Below are positions 50,579 through 59,532 of a stretch of 64,000 nucleotides of DNA, piece by piece. This DNA is from Methanomassiliicoccaceae archaeon. Lineage in GTDB: Archaea > Thermoplasmatota > Thermoplasmata > Methanomassiliicoccales > Methanomassiliicoccaceae. Below the pieces are notes generated by a model. That model saw nothing but the letters and a program-made list of their open reading frames with translations. It ran no database searches and was not told the origin of the DNA. How positions within the stretch are numbered: the first letter of the stretch is position 1; every line of letters begins with the position of its first letter. The position numbers and the translations under genes are program-made. The stretch covers positions 960,001 to 1,024,000 of the forward strand of contig JAXGZN010000001.1 in the NCBI GenBank assembly GCA_040776945.1. Direction: 5' to 3'.

Positions 50579-51829
50579 ATGAAGATCAAGTTCCTAGGTG
50601 GCGCCGACGTCGTCGGCCGCATGGGCATGCTCGTCCACAATAAAGGGGCCACCCTTCTGTTCGAGTACGGCATGACCGCGTCAAAGCCCCCATCTTATCC
50701 ATTGGCCGCGCCCCCCGTGGACATGGCCTTCCTGACCCACAGTCACCTGGACCACTGCGGCATGATGCCCTGGCTATGTGGCAAGTACGACACTGAGGTA
50801 GTGGCGACGCCCATCACGGTGGATGTGGCAGAGCTTCTGGTGCGCGATTCCCTGAAGATCGCTGACATCGAAGGATATCCAAAACCGTACGACGACGTTG
50901 ACATCAAGGCCATGATGCGCAACTTCACCCCCATGACCTATGGGGAGATCATGGACGTCGGGGGCTTCGAGGTCTCGCTGCACCCCGCCGGCCATCTGCC
51001 CGGAGCGGCGATGTACGAGCTCAAGGGGGAACAGACCACGGTGTTCACCGGGGACATGCACACCTACAACATGCGGCTGGTATGGGGGGCCCATCCTGTC
51101 AAGTGCGATAACCTGATAATCGAAGGCACCTACTCCGGACGCCTTCACCCTGACCGCCTGAAGACCGAGCATGAGCTCATCGAGAAGGTGAAAGAGGTGG
51201 TAGAGCGGGGCGGAAGGGCGATCCTGCCCTGCTTCGCCGTTGGGAGGACCCAGGAGCTGATGCTCATCCTGAAGGACCTTAAGTACAATATGTGGGTAGA
51301 CGGGATGGGGAAGACCATAAGCCGGATGTACTTGGACCGCCCGGAGTACATCCGCAACGTGAAGGCACTCAAGGCCGCGAAGCGCAAGTTCAACGAGGTC
51401 CGCACCCCTCAGGACCGCTACAGGGCGCGCCGAGAGGCCCAGGTCATCGTCACCACCGGAGGGATGCTGGACGGAGGTCCGGTATTGAGCTATATCGACG
51501 ATGTGAAGAACGACAGCAAGAGCGCGGTGCTGCTCAGCGGCTTCCAGGTGGAGGGCTCCAACGGGAACATGCTGCTGAACGAGGGCGTGATTAACGTTCA
51601 AGCCAGCAAGGAGGAGATACCCCATCCGGTGCGAATCAAGTGCGAGGTCAAGAAGTTCGATCTCAGCGCCCATGCGGACCATGCGGAGCTGCTCGCGTTC
51701 GTCAGGGCCTGCAAGCCGGAAAAGGTCGTGATCATGCACTCCGATGACCGTGAGCCGTTGGCCAGGGACATCGAGCAGGACGGGATCAAGGTCCTGCTGC
51801 CCAAGACGGACGAGGAGATCGAGATCTGA
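50579..51829 (+). CDS. beta-CASP metallo-beta-lactamase ribonuclease (aCPSF2-like)
   Basis: THSHLDHCG, AGH.PGA, TGD, EGTY, FAVGRTQE, SAHAD. Confidence 0.9.
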   Translation: MKIKFLGGADVVGRMGMLVHNKGATLLFEYGMTASKPPSYPLAAPPVDMAFLTHSHLDHCGMMPWLCGKYDTEVVATPITVDVAELLVRDSLKIADIEGYPKPYDDVDIKAMMRNFTPMTYGEIMDVGGFEVSLHPAGHLPGAAMYELKGEQTTVFTGDMHTYNMRLVWGAHPVKCDNLIIEGTYSGRLHPDRLKTEHELIEKVKEVVERGGRAILPCFAVGRTQELMLILKDLKYNMWVDGMGKTISRMYLDRPEYIRNVKALKAAKRKFNEVRTPQDRYRARREAQVIVTTGGMLDGGPVLSYIDDVKNDSKSAVLLSGFQVEGSNGNMLLNEGVINVQASKEEIPHPVRIKCEVKKFDLSAHADHAELLAFVRACKPEKVVIMHSDDREPLARDIEQDGIKVLLPKTDEEIEI

Positions 51830-51868
51830 CGATAAAGGTTCATTAACCCGTCGCCTGATTCCTGGGCC

Positions 51869-52693
51869 ATGGGCGGCATCAGGGAGTTCCTCCGCGAGGA
51901 CATCGGTCGGGGCGACATCACCTCCGAAGCGCTGATCGGGGACCGCAGGGGATCAGGCAAGGTAATCGCGCGGCAGGATTGCGTGATCGCCGGTCTGGAG
52001 GAGGCTGCGGAAGCGTTTTCCATCCTCGGGCTCAGAACAAGGTCCTTGGTCCGGGACGGGGATAGGGTGTGCTCCGGCACCGCGGTTCTGGAGGTGGAGG
52101 GGGACCTTCGCTCCATCTTGTCGGGAGAGAGGGTCGCGCTTAACATGCTCATGCGCATGTCAGGCATCGCCACAGCGACCAGCGAGGTGCTGGCGGCCTG
52201 CCGGGAAAGGAACCCGGGGATCATAATAGCCGGGACGAGGAAGACGACCCCCGGCTTCCGGCGGTATGAAAAGAAGGCGGTGGTCCTGGGCGGCGGCGAC
52301 CCGCACCGCTTCGGGCTGGACGACGGCATACTGATCAAGGACAACCACCTGGCCGTGGTCGGTTCCATCTCGGCCGCGGTGAAGGCCGCGAAGAAAGCAT
52401 CGTTCACGAAGAAGGTGGAGGTGGAGGTCACCTCCCTCGAGGGAGCGCGGGAAGCGGCCGAGGCCGGAGCGGACATAATCCTCGTGGACAACATGGCGCC
52501 GAAGGAGGCCGGGGATTGCCGGGATGAGATCAAGGCCATCGACCCCCGCATCCTGGTGGAGGCGTCCGGAGGCATCACTCCCATCACCGCGCCGGACTAC
52601 GCGGCCTCGGTCGACATAATATCGCTGGGGTGGCTCACTCACTCGGCGAGAGCGGCCGACCTGTCCCTCGACATTACATCCCTTGAACATTGA
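51869..52693 (+). CDS. nadC: Quinolinate phosphoribosyltransferase
   Basis: ED...GDITS, TRKTTPG, HRFGL.D..LIKDNH, EVEV, EASGGI. Confidence 0.96.
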   Translation: MGGIREFLREDIGRGDITSEALIGDRRGSGKVIARQDCVIAGLEEAAEAFSILGLRTRSLVRDGDRVCSGTAVLEVEGDLRSILSGERVALNMLMRMSGIATATSEVLAACRERNPGIIIAGTRKTTPGFRRYEKKAVVLGGGDPHRFGLDDGILIKDNHLAVVGSISAAVKAAKKASFTKKVEVEVTSLEGAREAAEAGADIILVDNMAPKEAGDCRDEIKAIDPRILVEASGGITPITAPDYAASVDIISLGWLTHSARAADLSLDITSLEH

Positions 52694-53507
52694 CCTTCTT
52701 GCGGTGATGCTGCATCCCTATGCTTTCGGGGGCAGCGCCCATGGCCAGAGCGAGCAGCTCCGCTAGATACAGCACAGGCAGGCCACTCTTCTGCTTAATA
52801 TCGAACTGCACGAAGCAGAACGGGCAAGGGGTAAGGACCGCCGCAGCTCCAGATGACATATAGCGTTCAGACGGGCCGATCAGCATTCTCGATGACAGTT
52901 CCTCGCTTATGCCTGCAAGGCCGCCGCCGCAGCAGCTCGGCCAATCATCCGTTCTTTCGACCCTCGCTCCGGTCCACGAGGCGATGCGGTCCACGACCGC
53001 TGGGCGGAAGGACGAATCGAGCCCCAGCACGGCGCTTGGCCGGACCATATGGCAACCCGGATGGGACACTAGTCTCAAGTTCATCGGTCGGGCGACGGCC
53101 TTCCGCACATCGTCCTCCCGTTCCAGCAATGCTCCGGGCAAGTGTCGGACTGAGACAGTGCCGCGATACTCGCGCCCGATGGCACCTAAGGTCCTGTTGA
53201 CCTGCCGTCGGAGCGAAGCGTCCCTTAGAGCGTGGGACGCCTCCCGCAGGGACATATAGCAGCCGTTGCACAGCGTGAGGATGTCCCTGCCATCCTCCTC
53301 GGCTATGGCAAGCAAGCGCGCCGCGGAGGCCAGCCAAGTATCTTTGGCCATGGTCCGCAGTCCGATGGGCTCCACGCAGCATGCCGCGTCCGGCAGATGC
53401 TCATATTCTATGCCCAGCCGGTCGAGCACGAAGCAGGAGGACGCCTCCAAGAAGGGCAAACGGGTAGGGATCAGGCAGCCGGAGAAAAGATAGAAACGCT
53501 CATTCAC
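52674..53507 (-). CDS. hdrB: Heterodisulfide reductase subunit B-like (two CCG domains)
   Basis: F.GC, CC, CNGC, HPGCH, CCG, CPFC. Confidence 0.85.
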   Translation of the reverse strand: MNERFYLFSGCLIPTRLPFLEASSCFVLDRLGIEYEHLPDAACCVEPIGLRTMAKDTWLASAARLLAIAEEDGRDILTLCNGCYMSLREASHALRDASLRRQVNRTLGAIGREYRGTVSVRHLPGALLEREDDVRKAVARPMNLRLVSHPGCHMVRPSAVLGLDSSFRPAVVDRIASWTGARVERTDDWPSCCGGGLAGISEELSSRMLIGPSERYMSSGAAAVLTPCPFCFVQFDIKQKSGLPVLYLAELLALAMGAAPESIGMQHHRKKVNVQGM

Positions 53508-53958
53508 GGACGAACCTCCGAAGGCCGGTGAGGCGCACGATCTCCGAGCATTCCCCGAGAGCCCTCGCGCTCACTTCACCGTCCGGCAGGCCCAGCTCCT
53601 TCCTGAGCTTCTTGGTCATGCCGGTCCTGGGAAAGCACATCCCGGTGGTCGCGAACCGTTTGGCCTCGTCCACCAGGTATGAGGGCACGTTGCCTCCACC
53701 TGCCGTCCTCTCCCGTAGTAGGGCGATGACCTCCCCCGGCTCCGCACCGGACGGGCACCTCTCAGAACAGCCCATGCATCTGGCGCACAGCCACAGCGAG
53801 CCCTCATCCTCTGGGCGGCATGCTCCCAGCAGAGCCCGGGACATGAGCTCCGCAGGACGGACCCCGCCGTGCCTCTGACTGGGGCACACCGAGGCGCATT
53901 CACCACATTGCTGGCATAGCGTGGCCTCAGGTATGACTGATGCCAGCCAGCGCTCCAT
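53500..53958 (-). CDS. hdrC: Heterodisulfide reductase subunit C-like 2x[4Fe-4S] protein
   Basis: CQQCGECASVCP and LWLCARCMGCSERCP; start re-placed to ATG 53958. Confidence 0.85.
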   Translation of the reverse strand: MERWLASVIPEATLCQQCGECASVCPSQRHGGVRPAELMSRALLGACRPEDEGSLWLCARCMGCSERCPSGAEPGEVIALLRERTAGGGNVPSYLVDEAKRFATTGMCFPRTGMTKKLRKELGLPDGEVSARALGECSEIVRLTGLRRFVRE

Positions 53959-54162
53959 GGATGAGTCGAAGGAGGTCCTTCTCACGGTCAAGTGAAGTTC
54001 CGGGAGCGATATACAGGTTTCGAAAGAACTAGCCTCCAATTTGAGAAACATTAAGAACAGTAGTGAGCTCGTTGAAGGATGGACGGTCCATGCTCGCTCG
54101 CAGGGAACGCGGTAGGCGGTACGCCCTCGCCCGAAGTGCGCATGGGGAAGGAGGAGCATGAG

Positions 54163-55689
54163 ATGACGATGGAAAAGAGATATCTGACCACCACTGAAGG
54201 AAGGCCAGTCGAGAACGACCAATCATCGATGACCACCGGGAAGAAGGGCGGGTATGGCCTGCTCAACGATTCGCACTTGATAGAGAAGCTGGCCCATTTC
54301 ACCCGGGAGAGGACCCCGGAACGGGTGGTCCATGCCAAGGGGGCGGGGGCCTATGGATATTTTGAGGTCACCGATGACATATCCGATCACACCTGCGCGA
54401 GGTTCCTCTCGGAGGTGGGCAAGAGGACCGAGCTGTTCGCGCGCTTCTCCACGGTGGGCGGCGAAAAGGGCTCCGCCGATTCCGAACGCGACCCCCGGGG
54501 GTTCGCGCTGAAGCTTTACACCGAGGAGGGCAACTACGATATCGTGGGCAACAATACCCCGATCTTCTTCATTCGCGACGCCATCAAGTTCCCTGACTTC
54601 GTCCACACTCAGAAGAGGGACCCACGCACCAACCTTAAGGACCCGACCATGTTCTGGGACTTCCTCTCCCTTGTCCCTGAGTCGGTGCATCAGGTGACCT
54701 TCTTGTTCTCGGACCGGGGTACTCCCGCGGACTATCGTCACATGCATGGTTTTGGGGCCAATACCTGGATGTTCTACAATGACAAGGGTGAGCACTGCTG
54801 GTTCAAGTGGCACTTCCTGACCGATCAGGGCATCAAGAACATGACCGCCAAGGAAGCATCGGAGATGGCCGGTCGGGACCCTGATCATGCCACAAGGGAC
54901 CTGTTCGAAGCCATCGAGAGGGGCGATCACCCATCCTGGACAGCATACGTCCAGATCATGTCGCCCGAGCAGGCCCGGAAGTACCGGTTCGACCCCTTCG
55001 ACGTAACCAAGGTATGGTTCCACAGGGACTTCCCCCTAATCAGGGTGGGCAAGATAGTGCTCGATCGGAACCCTGAGAACTTTTATGCTGAGGTGGAGCA
55101 GGCCGCCTTCGCCCCCAGCACGCTGGTGAGAGGCATCTATCCATCGCCGGACAAGCTGCTGCAGGGCCGCCTCTTCGCTTACAAGGACGCCCATCGATAC
55201 CGTCTGGGCAAGAACCACGACCTAATCCCGGTCAATTCGCCCAAGGGCACGAAGGCGTACACCAACCAGCGGGACGGCAATATGGTGACAGGGGGGAACC
55301 ATGGCCGCATGGCGAACTACTATCCGAACTCGGTCAACCCCTATGGAGAGGCCAAGCATCTCAAGGACGTTCCCGCTCTGGCGCTGGAGGACGCTATCAT
55401 GGCCAGGCACTCCTTCGATATGTTGGAGGACGATTACTTCCAAGCAGGGGAGCTGTACCGGAGGGTCTTGAGCGACATGGACCGCGACCACCTGATCTCC
55501 AACATAGCCCAGCATCTGGGAGGGGCCATAAGGCGGGTACAGTACCGCCAGGCGGCCGTGTTCTATAAGGCCGACAAGGACTACGGCACCAGGGTGGCGA
55601 AGGCGCTGGACCTGGACATGGCCAAGGTCTCTTCCTTGGCGGCCATGTCTGAGAACGAGCGGGCCGAGGCCACCCTAGCGGGCCCGTGA
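54163..55689 (+). CDS. katA: Monofunctional heme catalase
   Basis: ERVVHAKG, RFSTV, RDPRGFA, VGNNTP, QGRLFAY.D; GAGGAG SD before ATG 54163. Confidence 0.95.
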   Translation: MTMEKRYLTTTEGRPVENDQSSMTTGKKGGYGLLNDSHLIEKLAHFTRERTPERVVHAKGAGAYGYFEVTDDISDHTCARFLSEVGKRTELFARFSTVGGEKGSADSERDPRGFALKLYTEEGNYDIVGNNTPIFFIRDAIKFPDFVHTQKRDPRTNLKDPTMFWDFLSLVPESVHQVTFLFSDRGTPADYRHMHGFGANTWMFYNDKGEHCWFKWHFLTDQGIKNMTAKEASEMAGRDPDHATRDLFEAIERGDHPSWTAYVQIMSPEQARKYRFDPFDVTKVWFHRDFPLIRVGKIVLDRNPENFYAEVEQAAFAPSTLVRGIYPSPDKLLQGRLFAYKDAHRYRLGKNHDLIPVNSPKGTKAYTNQRDGNMVTGGNHGRMANYYPNSVNPYGEAKHLKDVPALALEDAIMARHSFDMLEDDYFQAGELYRRVLSDMDRDHLISNIAQHLGGAIRRVQYRQAAVFYKADKDYGTRVAKALDLDMAKVSSLAAMSENERAEATLAGP

Positions 55690-55739
55690 TCGGTCCCTGA
55701 CGCGATGGAATTAATACCGATCAGAACGGTCCATGGTCC

Positions 55740-55913
55740 ATGGACATCGAGAAAGAGAAGTGCCAGATATGCGGCCGGCCGGCCAAGAACTACCAGTTCG
55801 CCGCCTTCGTGTGCGACCGTGACGAGTGCGTGGAGAAGGCGATGCAGGAGAGGGGAGGACCGGCCGGTCACATCAAGGCCAAGCGGGAGGCCGAGGAACG
55901 GCGGAAGAGGTGA
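55740..55913 (+). CDS. 57-aa Cys4 (CxxC..CxxxxC) microprotein, not in the ORF track
   Basis: Manual translation MDIEKEKCQICGRPAKNYQFAAFVCDRDECVEKAMQERGGPAGHIKAKREAEERRKR; strong GC3 bias; AT-rich TATA-like element about 25-30 nt upstream. Confidence 0.75.
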   Translation: MDIEKEKCQICGRPAKNYQFAAFVCDRDECVEKAMQERGGPAGHIKAKREAEERRKR

Positions 55914-56350
55914 TCACAGGTCAAGGCCGACGCCCTCTGGCCAAGGATGGGGCGGGTTGAGACCGGACCCGCGCACAACCGCTATCCGCGGAAAGGCATG
56001 GGATGGAGGTCGAGCGGCCATCGTCCAGCTTATTTGCCAGAACCATCGCCCGAGCGCCCCATTACTATAGGGCGTCGAAGGCCTGGTGGAGATGCTCCGT
56101 TCCCCGCCAGGCAGCGCCCCCCCATAATTGCTTCGGCCCACCCGCGCCCTCGATGTCCACGCTCCCGGACCTCACCGGTCCCAACGTTCTCCTGTCCCGT
56201 CTCATAAAAAGGCCCTTCGAGATCGGGGGAGGCCGAGGCGACACGGGGGCACTATCCGGTCGATCTCTCCTGTCAATTCATTGAACGCTCATCGGCCGAC
56301 CATACAACTTCTCAGGACCATCGATGCGCGTCGAGAGAACCTGCCAACGA

Positions 56351-57472
56351 TCACTGCAAGAGGGACCTGGCCGCCCGGACATGGAGGTCCTCGATGCGCA
56401 CGCGCCTCTGGAGCCCTGGACCATGATGGCGGTCCGCGCACGATAGGTGCACCAGGCACTTGGGGCAGGCCGTGACCAAGGTCTCCGCACCGGTCGCTCC
56501 CGCCTCACCGAGCCTCTCCAACTGCACCTTCTTGGCAGTATGGTCGCATTCGACCCAGCCAGCCGTGCCGCAGCATCCCGACATGGCGCCGCTGCGCTCC
56601 ATCTCCCTGAGCGTGCCGGTGAGCTTGAGCACCTCGCGCGGCTGGTCCACTATGCCCGCCCCCCGGCTCAGCCGGCAAGGGTCCTGGAACGTAACGGTCT
56701 CATCGCCGCCATTGAGCCGAAGCTTCCCGGCGGCGATGCCTTCGGCGAGCACCTCTGACATGGTCCGGACCCGAAGCCCGGTGCTTCCCAAGGCCCGGGG
56801 GTACAGGTCCCTCCATGCGTAGGCGCATTCTGGGCAGAAAGCGACGATCTCCTTGATCCCGGAACCCTTCACCGCTTCCACGTTCATGACGGCCAGCTCT
56901 CTGAAAAGATCGTCGTTCCCGGCCCAATAGGCATCATGCCCGCAGCATCTCTCCGAAGCGAGCAGCCTCGGCCGCACGCCCATCGCGTTAAGCAGCCGGA
57001 CCGATGCACGGGGGATCTCCAACAGGTCATCGCGTATGTATCTGAGGGTCACGTCCATGTACGGGACGCAGCCCACGAACAGCAGAACGTCGGAGGCCGG
57101 GTCGATCTCCAGGTCCGGGGTCAGCCACCCGGCCGACCTCGGTTCCAGATCGGGTGAGGCGGTGAGCTTCGCCGCTCTCGTGAGCACCCCGTGATGGGCT
57201 GCAACGGGCAACGATGCCTTAGATGACCTGCGTCGAAGCTCTCTCACCATCTCCGGGAAGTCGACCCCGGCGCCGCACACGTCGGCGCATGCTCCGCAGG
57301 CGGTGCATGCCCACAACCCTCCCGCGCGGTCCAGACCACGGCCGGCCAAGGCGTCCTCGACCACCTTCCTCGGGGAGAAACTGGAATGACGATGCGCTGC
57401 CACGCAGGCGTATGTGCATCGGCCGCAGCCTATACAGGCCCCGGCCCCCGTTCTCTCGATGAGATCATCCAT
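56351..57472 (-). CDS. HdrD-like Fe-S oxidoreductase (2x[4Fe-4S] plus two CCG domains)
   Basis: CIGCGRCTYAC, CTACGACADVC, FVGC, ERCCG, CPEC, QDPC, CCG, ACPKC. Confidence 0.85.
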   Translation of the reverse strand: MDDLIERTGAGACIGCGRCTYACVAAHRHSSFSPRKVVEDALAGRGLDRAGGLWACTACGACADVCGAGVDFPEMVRELRRRSSKASLPVAAHHGVLTRAAKLTASPDLEPRSAGWLTPDLEIDPASDVLLFVGCVPYMDVTLRYIRDDLLEIPRASVRLLNAMGVRPRLLASERCCGHDAYWAGNDDLFRELAVMNVEAVKGSGIKEIVAFCPECAYAWRDLYPRALGSTGLRVRTMSEVLAEGIAAGKLRLNGGDETVTFQDPCRLSRGAGIVDQPREVLKLTGTLREMERSGAMSGCCGTAGWVECDHTAKKVQLERLGEAGATGAETLVTACPKCLVHLSCADRHHGPGLQRRVRIEDLHVRAARSLLQ

Positions 57473-57887
57473 CTCTCCGTCCCCCCGCCGGCCCCAGGTC
57501 ACGAAGAAGGTCACAGAACTCATCGACCGTGCGGCCGAAAAGATCGCCCTCGGACGCGGATATCCATCTGAGCACGAGCCGTTCGCGTCCGATCCCCAGA
57601 AGGTCGAGCAGCTCCCAGGTGTCCCGCACCCTCACCTCCTCCTTCTCATTCCCCGAGGCATAGTGGCAGTCGCCAGGGTGACAGCCTAGGACCATCACCC
57701 CATCCGCTCCTCGGTCGAAGCATTCCAGTATGAGGCCCGCATCGATGCGGCTGGAGCACATTACCCGGATGATCCGGACATCAGGCGAGTACTGTCTCCT
57801 GGTGACCCCGGCCAGATCAGCGCCGGCATATGCACACCAGTTGCAGCAGAAGGCTATCACCTTTGGCCGCCAACTAGTTTCAGGCAT
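57465..57887 (-). CDS. mvhD: MvhD/FlpD [2Fe-2S] subunit
   Basis: FCCNWCAYAGADLAG, RVMCS.R, GCHPGDCHY..GN, WISASEG. Confidence 0.93.
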   Translation of the reverse strand: MPETSWRPKVIAFCCNWCAYAGADLAGVTRRQYSPDVRIIRVMCSSRIDAGLILECFDRGADGVMVLGCHPGDCHYASGNEKEEVRVRDTWELLDLLGIGRERLVLRWISASEGDLFGRTVDEFCDLLRDLGPAGGRRDG

Positions 57888-58012
57888 CGTTGCCGTCTAA
57901 CGCCTAGAGGATTTAAAATGCTCCCCCGAGACATCCCGGACCATCGCAGGTTCGATGCCTTTAGGGCTTCAAGGGGCAAAGGTTAAGTGGCATTGGACCG
58001 TCATCGCGGAAC

Positions 58013-58714
58013 GTGAGGATAATCGGCTTCATCAAGACATCCCTGCTCGATTGGGACGGACACGTCACGGCGGTGATCTACCTTCCTGGCTGCAATTTCC
58101 GCTGCCCTTTCTGCCATAACCGGGAAGTGGTGCTCTCGTCCGACTCAATGGACGAGGTGCCCCTCGAGGTCATAGAAGAATACTATGTGGCCAACTCTGA
58201 GTTCCTCGACGGCATCGTGGTGACCGGCGGAGAGCCCACGGTCCATGCCGACCTCCCCAAGCTGCTCTCGAGGCTGAAGGCCCTGGGTGCCAAGGTGAAG
58301 CTGGACACCAACGGGACCAATCCCGACATGCTGCGGGACGTGATCGGTTCCGGACTGGTCGACTACGTGGCCATGGACATCAAGGCCCCGCTGGACGAGA
58401 AGTACGACGACCTTGCCGGAGTGCGCGTTCCGATAGATCGGATAAAACGGTCCATCGAGGTCCTGCGCGGGTCCGGCGTCGACCACGAGTTCCGCACCAC
58501 GGTGGTGCCGATACTGCTGGCCCCAACCGACGTGGAACGCATCGCGGCGTACATCGGGGGCGCAAGCAAATATGCCATACAGCAGTTCCGCCCAGGAGAT
58601 ACGCTGGACGCGAACCTGGCGATGGTGAAGCCATACCCCCGAGGCGCCATACTGGCAATGGCGGAGAACGCCAAAAGGTATGTGCGCAAAGTGGTGGTCC
58701 GCGGGGACGTCTAG
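58013..58714 (+). CDS. Anaerobic ribonucleotide reductase activating-type radical SAM protein
   Basis: GCNFRCPFCHN, TGGEPT, KLDTNG, DYVAMDIK, EFRTT. Confidence 0.87.
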   Translation: MRIIGFIKTSLLDWDGHVTAVIYLPGCNFRCPFCHNREVVLSSDSMDEVPLEVIEEYYVANSEFLDGIVVTGGEPTVHADLPKLLSRLKALGAKVKLDTNGTNPDMLRDVIGSGLVDYVAMDIKAPLDEKYDDLAGVRVPIDRIKRSIEVLRGSGVDHEFRTTVVPILLAPTDVERIAAYIGGASKYAIQQFRPGDTLDANLAMVKPYPRGAILAMAENAKRYVRKVVVRGDV

Positions 58715-58761
58715 AAAACCAGTTATCAATAACAATACCGGGCCGAGAAGTTTTATCCACC

Positions 58762-58790
58762 CTAGTATTATCTTTTTCAAACAATACTAG
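58762..58790. promoter_or_regulatory. Perfect 8-bp inverted repeat just downstream of a TATA-like element before the KaiC-like operon
   Basis: CTAGTATT-N13-AATACTAG. Confidence 0.5.
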
Positions 58791-58809
58791 CTCTTTAGAG
58801 GGACCGACC

Positions 58810-59523
58810 TTGGATCAGACAGTTCGTTTGAAGACATATATCGAAGGCTTCGACCGAGCCCTGGAAGGGGGGATCCCTCAAGGGCACATCGTTCTTATGG
58901 CCGGCACTCCGGGGACGATGAAATCATCCCTGACCTATTATGCTCTGTACAATCAGGCCAAAGAGAGCGGGACTACCTGCGTGTATGTTACCCTGGAACA
59001 GTCCAGAAACTCCCTTCTTCGTCAGATGGAGAAGATGGGAATGCGCACCGAAGAGGTTAGGCAGAGCCTTCACATCCTGGACCTGGGGATAATAAGGAAG
59101 AATCTCAAGAGCAGCGCCTGCTCGGAGTCATGGATGCAGGTGTTCAAAGGGTACCTCAATTCACTTAAGAACGATCTGGGGTTCAGCGTGCTGGCCATAG
59201 ATTCCCTGGGCGTTCTGGAGACATTATCATCGATGAGCAACCGGAGGACCGACCTGTTCTATCTCTTTGAATGGTTGAGGGACCTCAACGCGACCTCGTT
59301 CCTGATCTCTGAGGTATCTCCGGACCGGTTGTTCGACGGTTCATACGACGAGGGCTATCTGGCTGACGGCATCATAACGATGAAGATGCACGTGGTGCGG
59401 GAAGTGGAGACCCAGAGGCGCATCCGATGCGTAAAGATGAGGGAGACCAACCACGACCCGTCGTACTTCTCCTTGATATTCTCCGCCGGCAGGTTCCAAG
59501 TGACCAAGGCCATCAGTGAGTGA
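58810..59523 (+). CDS. Single-domain KaiC/RAD55-like ATPase
   Basis: GGIP, GTPGTMKSS, TLEQ, LAIDSL, YLADG, KMR. Confidence 0.88.
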   Translation: MDQTVRLKTYIEGFDRALEGGIPQGHIVLMAGTPGTMKSSLTYYALYNQAKESGTTCVYVTLEQSRNSLLRQMEKMGMRTEEVRQSLHILDLGIIRKNLKSSACSESWMQVFKGYLNSLKNDLGFSVLAIDSLGVLETLSSMSNRRTDLFYLFEWLRDLNATSFLISEVSPDRLFDGSYDEGYLADGIITMKMHVVREVETQRRIRCVKMRETNHDPSYFSLIFSAGRFQVTKAISE

Positions 59524-59532
59524 GGGGAGGGA

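Noticed and set aside
55914-56350. Gap between the microprotein and hdrD-like gene with short ORFs and a small hairpin
   Set aside because: No convincing coding signal or recognisable RNA family
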